This document shows, piece after piece, positions 37,646 to 45,985 of a stretch of 64,000 nt of DNA. Under the pieces are notes generated by a model. It searched no databases, was not told the DNA's origin, and worked only from the letters and a program-made list of their open reading frames with translations. Within the stretch, counting starts at the first letter, position 1; each line of letters opens with the position of its first letter. The stretch comes from an uncultured Bacilli bacterium. Lineage in GTDB: Bacteria > Bacillota_I > Bacilli_A > RF39 > UBA660. The stretch lies in NCBI GenBank assembly GCA_944358525.1, contig CALVRI010000003.1, positions 4,283-68,282 of the forward strand. The letters run 5' to 3'. Both the position numbers and the translations under genes were made by a program.

Positions 37646-38371
37646 ATGGTAAAAAATTTTTTAGTAAGTGATTATGATGGTACATATAAAATGAAGCCGA
37701 CAGTTTTAGATGATTTAAAAAAGAATAATTTTGCTGTGCAAAGGTTTATTGATAAAGGAAATATTTTTATGATGGCAACTGGGAGAGTTTTTGAATCAAT
37801 TCATAAAGAATTTATTGAATTTGATTTAAAGGCAAACTATATTAGTTGTGCTGAAGCAAATGTTTTATTTAATAATAATTTTGAGTTACTATATTATAAT
37901 ACCATTTCAAAACAAGATATATTAAAAATAAAGGATTATTATAAACTGCTTGATGAAATGATAGGAAAGGATCCTTATGGTAATGTTAGTAGTGAAAATA
38001 TTGTTGAATATAATATTAGGTATAAAGATGAAAAATCTAAACGTATATTTGTTGAAAATTTAAGGCATAATAAGTTGTTTGCATTTTACCATGATCCATT
38101 AGATCCGTTAAACGCACATTTATTTGACAAAAGAAATGATAAAGTTAAAGCAATTCAATTTGTAGCTACATTAGAAAATATTCCGAAAAATAAAATATAT
38201 ACTATTGGCGACGGATATAATGATTTGAGTATGATAGAAGAGTTTAATGGCTTTGCTGTAAAAAATGCTAAATATGCAGCTAAATTTGAATCATTAGGGG
38301 TTTATAATACTGTGAGTGATTTAGTGGATGATATAGAAAAAGAAAATGTGCCAAAAAGGCAACGAAAATGA
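37646..38371 (+). CDS. HAD-superfamily (Cof-type) phosphatase
   Basis: Motif I LVSDYDGT and motif III/IV GDGYNDLSM. Confidence 0.7.
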   Translation: MVKNFLVSDYDGTYKMKPTVLDDLKKNNFAVQRFIDKGNIFMMATGRVFESIHKEFIEFDLKANYISCAEANVLFNNNFELLYYNTISKQDILKIKDYYKLLDEMIGKDPYGNVSSENIVEYNIRYKDEKSKRIFVENLRHNKLFAFYHDPLDPLNAHLFDKRNDKVKAIQFVATLENIPKNKIYTIGDGYNDLSMIEEFNGFAVKNAKYAAKFESLGVYNTVSDLVDDIEKENVPKRQRK

Positions 38372-38422
38372 GGATAGGTATTAAATTTATGTTATAATAA
38401 AAATAATGGGGGGTATGACTTT

Positions 38423-39115
38423 ATGGAAGATATGCATATACACGTTAGAAACGCAGTTGATGATTATTCAAAATTAAAAATGTATATTGAACGGTGCATT
38501 GAGCTGGGATTAGATAGGGTGTTATTTGTGGAACATGGCCCAAGATTATCTGAACATCACTCTGCCAGGTTGGATACACCAGAAAAAATAACTCAATTTA
38601 AATCAAATATTGAACGAGCTAGAAAAGAATATCCAAATTTAAAAATATTTTATGGGATAGAATTAGATTTTTCTTATGATAAAGCATTTAATGATAGTAA
38701 TAATAAATTAACTAATATTGGATTTGATTATATAATATCTGCAATACATCATTATAGATTTACTAATGGTAGAGATTATTTAAAAGCAATTATACAAATG
38801 ATTGATACTTGTAAATTTGATATTATTGGGCATATGCTTTTAAAATATGATTGGAAAGATTGTTTAGATTTAATTGATATTGTATTGAATAAAGCCAAAG
38901 AAAAAGGAATTATTATTGAAATTAATACTAGTGATAGATCTAGATGGAAAGATGATGTGTTGGAGTATATGCTAGAGAAAATGAATGAGTATGGAATTAC
39001 TTATACAATAGCTTCTGACGCTCATTCTGTCGAAGAGGTAGGTCACATGATAAAAGAGACAACTGAAAAAGTAGAGCATTTTAATTTTAAAAAATCTTGT
39101 TTAATCAAAAAATAA
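38423..39115 (+). CDS. PHP-domain (histidinol-phosphatase-like) phosphoesterase
   Basis: N-terminal DMHIHV and C-terminal IASDAHS. Confidence 0.6.
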   Translation: MEDMHIHVRNAVDDYSKLKMYIERCIELGLDRVLFVEHGPRLSEHHSARLDTPEKITQFKSNIERARKEYPNLKIFYGIELDFSYDKAFNDSNNKLTNIGFDYIISAIHHYRFTNGRDYLKAIIQMIDTCKFDIIGHMLLKYDWKDCLDLIDIVLNKAKEKGIIIEINTSDRSRWKDDVLEYMLEKMNEYGITYTIASDAHSVEEVGHMIKETTEKVEHFNFKKSCLIKK

Positions 39116-39145
39116 TTGTTTTATTTATGTAAGGAGGAAAAAGAT

Positions 39146-40180
39146 ATGGTTGAAAAGACAGAATTCACTGAAGATACAATAAAATCAGAAGTTGAGAAAC
39201 ATTACGGAATGAAAGTTAATGATATTAAGGTAGTAAATGGTGGTAGTGCTAATATATACAAATTAACAGCCGATAATGGTGAAAAATATATTTTGAAAGA
39301 ATTTCAATCAAAATTTAGCGGCAAAACTATTCTTAAAGAAATTAATATTATTAATTTCTTAAGAAATAAAGGATTATCAGTACCAGAATATGTAACATGT
39401 TTAGATGGAAAACAATATTTTGAATACAATGATAAAACAGTAATTATTCAAAAGTTTATTGAAGGACATACCCAAGGTAATTATAGCGGAAGTGTAGAGC
39501 AAATGTTAGAATCTGCAAAATATTTAGGTATTATTGTTAATGCATTAGAGGATTATCCTTATGAGGATATGTTTGGTTGTAATATTGAGAAATATACATC
39601 AGATGAAATCATTGATAAGAGTATTGCAAAACACGAAAATTTAATACCGTTAGCTGAAAAAGACGAAGTACATGGTTCTGAGATAGTAAAAGACTTAAAA
39701 GACAAAATAGAAATGTTAAAAGAAGTCAAACGAGATGGTACTTTTAAAAAAGCTACTAATGTAACAATAAAGAAAACACATGGTGATTATAATGTATTAC
39801 AGTTTATTTATGATGACAAGGGTAAAATAAAAGCTATTATTGACTTTGTTAATGCTGGTGAAATGCCAATAGTATGGGAGATTGCTAGATCATATAATTA
39901 TATAGACAAAGATTGTAAAAACGGTGAATTTAACATTGATCATTTAGTTATGTATGTAAAAGAATATTTAAAATACTCAAAACTTAACAAAGATGATTTA
40001 AAATATTTACCTTATGTATATTTAGTGCAAGTATTATCAAGTACATACGGTTATAAAGAATATTTAAAAAATGGTAATCTTGATTTGCTTCGTTTTGGAA
40101 AAGAAAGAACGAATATATGCCGTTATTTAATGAAAAATGCTAAAACAATATCAGAAAGATTATTGGAAATCGACTTGTGA
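39146..40180 (+). CDS. APH/choline-kinase-family phosphotransferase
   Basis: Brenner motif THGDYNVLQF and IIDFVNAG. The ATG at 39146 follows AAGGAGG. Confidence 0.7.
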   Translation: MVEKTEFTEDTIKSEVEKHYGMKVNDIKVVNGGSANIYKLTADNGEKYILKEFQSKFSGKTILKEINIINFLRNKGLSVPEYVTCLDGKQYFEYNDKTVIIQKFIEGHTQGNYSGSVEQMLESAKYLGIIVNALEDYPYEDMFGCNIEKYTSDEIIDKSIAKHENLIPLAEKDEVHGSEIVKDLKDKIEMLKEVKRDGTFKKATNVTIKKTHGDYNVLQFIYDDKGKIKAIIDFVNAGEMPIVWEIARSYNYIDKDCKNGEFNIDHLVMYVKEYLKYSKLNKDDLKYLPYVYLVQVLSSTYGYKEYLKNGNLDLLRFGKERTNICRYLMKNAKTISERLLEIDL

Positions 40181-40183
40181 TTT

Positions 40184-41182
40184 ATGAATGCTAATAATGA
40201 AATCTTAATTTCTATTATAGTCACGGTTTATAATAATGAACAATATATAAAAAAATGTTTAGAAACAATTATTCCTCAACTCAATTCAAAAATTGAGTTG
40301 ATTATTGTTGATGATGGTTCTTCTGATTCCACTATAAATATTTGTAATGAAATAATAAAAGGTACAAGGAATATTACAATTGTTTTAAATGAACATAATG
40401 GATTATCTAATTCTCGTAATACTGGTATAAAAAAGTCTAGGGGTAAATATATTGTATTTGTCGATGGTGATGATTGGATTGATAAATCATATTTGAAATA
40501 TTTAGAAGAAATAATTAACAACAATCATTATGACGTTATTTTAATTAATACTACAAAATATTTTGAAGGTGAAGGTAAATATCTTGTTGAAAATTTTAAT
40601 TTTTCTGATTTAGATAAACATCCGTCCAAAGCTACAGAAAAAAAATTTATTTATAATAATATTTGTGGTAGAGCATGGAGATTAATAACACGACGACAAT
40701 TTTTACTTGATAACAAATTATTTTTTACTTATGGAATTTTGCATGAAGATGAAGAGTGGGTTACTAAAGTTTTAAATTTATATAATTCTATATTTTATAG
40801 CCCTAAAATAAGATATTTTTATCGAAAACATAATAATTCTATCATGTCCTCTAAATCTTTTAAAAATTATAATGATTTATTGTCTGTTGCTATAAAATTA
40901 TTTGATTTTAGTCATAACAAAATTAATTATAAAAATTATACTCAATATGTAGTTTTTAGATGTATTAGAAATAGTTATGGTAATTATAATAAGTTTAATA
41001 ATGCTGAAAAATCATTGTTAGATTCATGGTATATTAATCATAAAATAATTTTTTTATATGGAATTAAATATAAATTTTTATTAATGATATTATATTTAAT
41101 TTTTGGTTATAAAAACGGTATCCCATTATATAAGAATTATTTTAAAACATTAAATAAAAGACATGATAAATGGATGGTTTAA
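40184..41182 (+). CDS. glycosyltransferase family 2
   Basis: ISIIVTVYNNEQYIKKCLETI, VDDGSSDST and FVDGDDW. Confidence 0.8.
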   Translation: MNANNEILISIIVTVYNNEQYIKKCLETIIPQLNSKIELIIVDDGSSDSTINICNEIIKGTRNITIVLNEHNGLSNSRNTGIKKSRGKYIVFVDGDDWIDKSYLKYLEEIINNNHYDVILINTTKYFEGEGKYLVENFNFSDLDKHPSKATEKKFIYNNICGRAWRLITRRQFLLDNKLFFTYGILHEDEEWVTKVLNLYNSIFYSPKIRYFYRKHNNSIMSSKSFKNYNDLLSVAIKLFDFSHNKINYKNYTQYVVFRCIRNSYGNYNKFNNAEKSLLDSWYINHKIIFLYGIKYKFLLMILYLIFGYKNGIPLYKNYFKTLNKRHDKWMV

Positions 41183-41236
41183 AAAATAGAAAAAGAAAAT
41201 TATAAAGAATATATATATTTATGTGAGAGGTAAATT

Positions 41237-42739
41237 ATGAGATATTTAGGAAATTGTGTGATATTATTTATTATATCATTAGTAATGATTTTCCCTGTAA
41301 ATGTTGCCGCACGTCCTGGTTGTTGCTCTTGGCATGGTGGTGAAAGTGGATGTAGTGGCAATAAAACAGTTTGTGCTGATGGGACTATTTCTTCATGTCC
41401 ATGTGATGGAACAAGTTCTAGTTCTTCGTATGAATCTTCTTCGAACAATAGTTATTCTAGTAGTGAGGATAATAATGGTAGTTCAACATTAATAATTTGT
41501 ATAATACTTATAGGTGGATTTATTCTTTTTGCATATATTAATGATTGGTGGGAAAAATCGAAGAAAGAAAAAGCAAAAAGAGAAGAAGAACGGAAACATT
41601 TAGAACGGCAAAAAATCGAAGAGCAGAAAATAGAAAAGGCACAAGATTTAAAAAGAAGTATTATTAATGGTGAAAATATTAAAATATTATTACAAAACGT
41701 TGATCTACAAATTTTGAACAGACTGACAAGTGATGATGTAGTAGAAATTATAAATATAAATATTTTAAATAAAACAGATATTAAACTTTTTATTAATAAA
41801 TTGATTGAAGCGGATGGTTATTATACTTCTATTTTTGAAGAAATATGTGAGCATTTATGTAGTACAAATTTATTGTCACAACAAGAAGAGTTGTATAATC
41901 GTCAACGCTTTGTATTAGAATATATTTTTAAAAGTATTAGTGATGACTATCAAAAAATTTTTATGAAACTATTAAAGAATAAAGAAACTGCTTTTTTGAA
42001 GAAAATATTGCAGGAAAAATTAAAATGTAAATTTGAGTTTAGTTATGAAGAAACACTAAAGTTATATAACATTTTGTGTAATATCAATGATTTAGAGTTA
42101 GTAAAGTTAATTTCAACAAGTAATAATGTTGTATATAAATATATTTATGCTTTTGAAAAAGACTTAGAAACTAGAAATTACAAAAACATAAAAATATATT
42201 GTATTTTGTTTCAACAAGATATATATTTTGATCAATATGTTATAACACATATTTTTGATTTGTTGACCAAATTTCGAGATATTAACCTAGTGAAAGCTTA
42301 TTTGAATGAATGTAATGATATCAATAGCTTTTTACAAAAATATGGAGTTCAATTAATTTATTTATCAATCAGAAGATTATGGATTGATATAGTTGAATAC
42401 ATTTTGGCAAATTATCAAGGCATAAATGTAAATGTAATAATTGATGGAGGAACCCCTTTAATTTATGCCTGTTATAAAAAAAGTTATAGAATTGTAAAAG
42501 CCTTGTTAGACTATGGGGCTGATGTAAATTTTAAAGATTCAAAAAATAATTGTGCATTAGTATGTGCCTGTGAATCTAAAAATTTAAAAATTTGCAAGAT
42601 ATTAGTCGAACATGGTGCTACTTTATATAATAATGAACAAAATGAGGCATTAGAAAAAGCACTAAAGAAACGTGATATTTATAGATTACCATCTGTTTAT
42701 ATTTATGATATTTATAGGAAAAGCAAAAGAAAAAATTAA
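41237..42739 (+). CDS. membrane protein with extracellular Cys-rich module, Ser-rich linker, TM helix and cytoplasmic ankyrin repeats
   Basis: Signal peptide, RPGCCSWHGGESGCSGNKTVCADGTISSCPCDG, a poly-Ser region, a TM helix, a KE-rich coiled coil, and C-terminal GGTPLIYACYKKSYRIVKALLDYGADVNFKD...NCALVCACESKNLKICKILVEHGA (two or more ANK repeats). Confidence 0.6.
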   Translation: MRYLGNCVILFIISLVMIFPVNVAARPGCCSWHGGESGCSGNKTVCADGTISSCPCDGTSSSSSYESSSNNSYSSSEDNNGSSTLIICIILIGGFILFAYINDWWEKSKKEKAKREEERKHLERQKIEEQKIEKAQDLKRSIINGENIKILLQNVDLQILNRLTSDDVVEIININILNKTDIKLFINKLIEADGYYTSIFEEICEHLCSTNLLSQQEELYNRQRFVLEYIFKSISDDYQKIFMKLLKNKETAFLKKILQEKLKCKFEFSYEETLKLYNILCNINDLELVKLISTSNNVVYKYIYAFEKDLETRNYKNIKIYCILFQQDIYFDQYVITHIFDLLTKFRDINLVKAYLNECNDINSFLQKYGVQLIYLSIRRLWIDIVEYILANYQGINVNVIIDGGTPLIYACYKKSYRIVKALLDYGADVNFKDSKNNCALVCACESKNLKICKILVEHGATLYNNEQNEALEKALKKRDIYRLPSVYIYDIYRKSKRKN

Positions 42740-42790
42740 TGAAAAATTTACCTTTTGCTATTGATTTATATAGTAAAAGCAATTATAATA

Positions 42791-42832
42791 ACAAACCAAA
42801 GCAATGTTAAACTTTTGGTTTGTTTTGTTTTG
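42791..42832 (+). terminator. rho-independent terminator 1
   Basis: acaaaccaaa (42791-42800) pairs with tttggtttgt (42814-42823), followed by a T-rich tract. Confidence 0.6.
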
Positions 42833-42862
42833 TTATAAACAAATTGTTTATTGAGTGATTTA

Positions 42863-42935
42863 AGCAGTACATTCAATCCTACTTTTATAAGTAGCTGCAT
42901 TGCTAATGTGAGGGATTGGTATGTGCTGCTTTTTA
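42863..42935 (+). terminator. long imperfect hairpin followed by T5 (terminator/attenuator 2)
   Basis: agcagtacattcaatcc (42863-42879) pairs with ggattggtatgtgctgct (42913-42930), with an inner ctactt/aagtag hairpin, then ttttt. Confidence 0.45.
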
Positions 42936-42971
42936 AATTTTTATATTATTATATGGAGTTACTTTATATTT

Positions 42972-43016
42972 GACATAACAAGTTGCCTTTGTGCGGCTTG
43001 TTATGTCTTTTTTTTT
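42972..43016 (+). terminator. rho-independent terminator 3
   Basis: gacataacaag (42972-42982) pairs with cttgttatgtc (42997-43007), followed by T9. Confidence 0.65.
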
Positions 43017-43030
43017 ATTTTAATTAGAGC

Positions 43031-43070
43031 TCCTCCTTTCTGTTCATTTAAAAACTAATGAACAGGAGGA
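43031..43070 (+). promoter_or_regulatory. hairpin sequestering the RBS of the sigma-like gene
   Basis: tcctcc..tgttcatt pairs with aatgaaca ggagga. The 3' arm contains the AGGAGGA Shine-Dalgarno 4 nt before the ATG at 43074. Confidence 0.45.
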
Positions 43071-43073
43071 ATT

Positions 43074-43559
43074 ATGAAAGAGCGACCAAAAAGAAGAAGG
43101 AAGAAAGATAATCCTTATATTTTAAATTATAATGATAATAGTAAAATTTATACTGTTTCTTTCAAGGATGTGAAAGGCAATATACAAATAGTAGAAATTA
43201 ATAAAGAAATTTATGATTGTCTAGATAAATTTGAATTAAATGATTTATCCGAAATGAATGAGTTTGATAGGCATATTGAACATTCCTATACATACGAAAA
43301 TAAAATCAATGATCGAGCATTTATTAAAACAGAAAGTGTAGAAGATATTGTGGAAAATAAAATTATCAGTGATAAATTAAAGAAAGCTATTGATGAATTA
43401 TCTGTAATTCAAAGGAAAAGAATTAAAATGTATTATTTTGAAGGATTATCACAGAAAGAAATAGCTGAAGTTGAAGGAGTGTCTTTAAGAGCAGTTCAGT
43501 ATACTTTAAACGAGGCTATTTCTGAATTAAGAAAAATTTTAAAAAATTATAAAAATTAA
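43074..43559 (+). CDS. sigma-70 region-4-type HTH regulator (Tn916 Orf7-like position)
   Basis: LSVIQRKRIKMYYFEGLSQKEIAEVEGVSLRAVQYTLNEAISELRKIL is a sigma region 4/ECF-like HTH. Confidence 0.65.
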   Translation: MKERPKRRRKKDNPYILNYNDNSKIYTVSFKDVKGNIQIVEINKEIYDCLDKFELNDLSEMNEFDRHIEHSYTYENKINDRAFIKTESVEDIVENKIISDKLKKAIDELSVIQRKRIKMYYFEGLSQKEIAEVEGVSLRAVQYTLNEAISELRKILKNYKN

Positions 43560-43584
43560 CTTCGTAAAAAGTGTTTTGAATGAG

Positions 43585-43627
43585 GAAACAAGTGAATGGG
43601 GATACCATTCACTTGTTTCGTTTTTTG
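43585..43627 (+). terminator. rho-independent terminator
   Basis: 15-bp perfect stem gaaacaagtgaatgg/ccattcacttgtttc with loop ggata, then gttttttg. Confidence 0.8.
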
Positions 43628-43641
43628 AAATGAGTCGCTCT

Positions 43642-43670
43642 TTGACAATTTTATTTAAAATAATTAAATA
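43642..43670 (+). promoter_or_regulatory. candidate sigma-A promoter for the recombination module
   Basis: TTGACA (43642-43647), 17 nt, TAAATA (43665-43670). Confidence 0.4.
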
Positions 43671-43898
43671 CGTTGCCATTATTTAGAGCACATTAATGAG
43701 TCCGCTTGCGAATATACTTGATTATAAATATTAGATAGCTTCTAATATTGCGATGATAAATAATGGTTATAATGATACTTCTACCTAGCTCAGACTCAAT
43801 CAAAGGGGTAGCTCTGTCAGGGACAGGGAGGTGAGAATCCTATGGAACTGTTTAGCTAACAGTCGTTTAATTATTATATAGATAGAAAGGACTAATAT

Positions 43899-44099
43899 AT
43901 GAAAGAATATTTGGTATCAATAAAAAGAATTCAAAAAATCAATTTAATTGTTAGTGAAAAAACTTCAAAAAAAGCATTGAATAAAGTGATTCGTTTTATA
44001 GATGATTGTAGAAAGAACAATTTAGATTTTGAACGTTTATTTGATGATGAAGTTAAATTTGAGTATCACGTTAAAAAAGTTTCAAAAATCGGAAATTAA
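43899..44099 (+). CDS. hypothetical 66-aa protein
   Basis: GAAAGGA RBS. No motif. Lies upstream of the recombinase. Confidence 0.4.
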   Translation: MKEYLVSIKRIQKINLIVSEKTSKKALNKVIRFIDDCRKNNLDFERLFDDEVKFEYHVKKVSKIGN

Positions 44100-44137
44100 A
44101 AAAATTTAGTTCATATAGTTTAGAAGGGGGGAATATT

Positions 44138-44266
44138 TTGAATCAACATATAAATGTAATTGTTAAAGATAATATTTCAGAAGATGTGAATGACGAAAAA
44201 TTAATTGTGGAATTATTCAATAAAAAATTGCTTAAAGTAATAATGAAAATTGAAAAAAATAATTAA
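44138..44266 (+). CDS. possible 42-aa ORF (TTG start), not in track
   Basis: AAGGGGGG lies 6-7 nt upstream of the TTG. The product is acidic and helical. It is a speculative recombination directionality factor candidate. Confidence 0.25.
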   Translation: MNQHINVIVKDNISEDVNDEKLIVELFNKKLLKVIMKIEKNN

Positions 44267-44350
44267 TGTTTGTCAAGGATGAAATGATAACAATTACATG
44301 ATTTTATTTTGTTGCACTTTTTTGTATTATGCAATTGTTGGAGGTAATTT

Positions 44351-45964
44351 ATGAAAGAAAGAGTAGGAATTTATTGTCGTTTATCTGATGAAGATAGAAA
44401 TAAACGTATTAAAACCGATGATAGTGATTCGATTGCTAATCAAAAAAGTATGTTATTAAAATACGCATTGAAACAAAATTGGGAAGTTATAAATGTTTAT
44501 AGTGATGATGATTATTCTGGTGCAGATATTAATAGACCAGCATTTAATAGAATGATTAATGATTGCAAAAATGGTGTTATAAACATTGTTCTTTGCAAAA
44601 CACAGTCTAGATTCTCTAGAGATATGGAAATTGTGGAGAAATACATTCACAATAAATTTATCGAATGGGGTGTTCGTTTTGTTAGTATTGTTGATAATGC
44701 GGATACAAATGTTCACGGTAATAAAAAGTCTAGACAAATTAATGGACTTGTAAATGAATGGTATTTAGAAGATTTATCTGATAATATTAGATCATCGCTT
44801 ATGAATAAACGTGATGATGGATTATTTATGGGTAGTTTTGCTCCATATGGATATGTTAAAGATCCTCAAAATAAAAATAAACTTATTATTGATCCAGTTG
44901 CGGCTGGTGTAGTGGCAAAAATTTTTGAATTGTTTAAATCTGGTATGGGTTATCATAAAATCGCAATGTACTTAAATAATGATAATATTCCAACACCTAG
45001 CATTTACAAAAAGAATAATGGAAGTAAGTACAAATGTCGACATACTAGAGTTGGAACTTTACAAACAAGATGGAGCAATGATACGGTTTCAAAATTATTA
45101 AGAAATCCTGTTTATGCAGGACATTTGGTTCAAGGTAAGAAAACTTATGTTAGTTATAAGAATCATAAAACTTTAATTAAGCCTAAATCTGAATGGAGTG
45201 TTTGCTACAATACACATGAGCCTATTATTGATAAAGAAACATGGGATTTTGTTCAAAACAAGTTTAAATCTAGAGTGGGGACTTGTAAACAAACCAGGTG
45301 TGTTTATATGCTTAGTCAAAAAGTTTATTGTAAAGAATGTAAAAGAATTTTTGTTCGTCAATTGTGCCATACTAAGGATGGTAAAACTCCATATATGAAA
45401 TGTAAGAGTAGAAGAACAGCAGCATTTGTTTGTGACAATAAGTATGCTATTAGATGTGATGTTTTGGAAAAAATTATTATTGATAAACTCAATCAGCAAC
45501 TTGATAAATATTATAGTCTTTCAGAACTTGAAAAGCAGTATTTGCTACAAAAAGATTCATTGGATAATGAAAATGGTAGCAAATTAAAAAATTTATCAGC
45601 AGAGGTTGATAAAGTTAAGGCAGAAATAAATGAAAAAAGGTGTTATTATTCAACTTTATATGAAGATAAATTAAAAGGAATAATATCAGAAAATGATTTT
45701 ATTATGTTTAGAGATAAATTTAATCAAGAATGCGAGGAAAAAGAAAAAAGATTAGCTGCTTTAGAAGAGCAAATCCTTGAAATATCTAATAAAAAAATAG
45801 ATGTTGATAACAGTATTAAAGTTTTTGAAAAATATAAGCATATTACTGAGTTAACTAAAGAAATTGTTGATGAATTTATTGATTGTATTTGGATTGGAAA
45901 AGTTGATGAAAAAACTGGAGTAAGAGATGTTGAAATTGAAATGAACATTATTAAACTAGTCTAA
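44351..45964 (+). CDS. large serine recombinase
   Basis: N-terminal resolvase domain VGIYCRLSDEDR (catalytic Ser region) and CKTQSRFSRD. A recombinase domain and Cys-rich zinc-ribbon region (CKECKR...CKSRR..C) follow, then a C-terminal coiled coil. It ends 24 nt from the ICE junction. Confidence 0.9.
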   Translation: MKERVGIYCRLSDEDRNKRIKTDDSDSIANQKSMLLKYALKQNWEVINVYSDDDYSGADINRPAFNRMINDCKNGVINIVLCKTQSRFSRDMEIVEKYIHNKFIEWGVRFVSIVDNADTNVHGNKKSRQINGLVNEWYLEDLSDNIRSSLMNKRDDGLFMGSFAPYGYVKDPQNKNKLIIDPVAAGVVAKIFELFKSGMGYHKIAMYLNNDNIPTPSIYKKNNGSKYKCRHTRVGTLQTRWSNDTVSKLLRNPVYAGHLVQGKKTYVSYKNHKTLIKPKSEWSVCYNTHEPIIDKETWDFVQNKFKSRVGTCKQTRCVYMLSQKVYCKECKRIFVRQLCHTKDGKTPYMKCKSRRTAAFVCDNKYAIRCDVLEKIIIDKLNQQLDKYYSLSELEKQYLLQKDSLDNENGSKLKNLSAEVDKVKAEINEKRCYYSTLYEDKLKGIISENDFIMFRDKFNQECEEKEKRLAALEEQILEISNKKIDVDNSIKVFEKYKHITELTKEIVDEFIDCIWIGKVDEKTGVRDVEIEMNIIKLV

Positions 45965-45985
45965 CTGCTCCGTGTTATAAAGAAA

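Noticed and set aside
24543-41182. The cargo operon as an ordinary capsule/exopolysaccharide or teichoic-acid locus.
   Set aside because: It has no initiating phosphoglycosyltransferase, flippase, polymerase, chain-length regulator, ABC exporter, LCP ligase or nucleotidyltransferase, and its products are almost all soluble. It is retained instead as an unexplained pathway.
43780-43815. tRNA-like fragment, suggested by tagctcag, a D-loop-like motif.
   Set aside because: No acceptor stem, anticodon arm or T-loop (TTCGA) can be folded around it. It is treated only as part of a possible structured leader.
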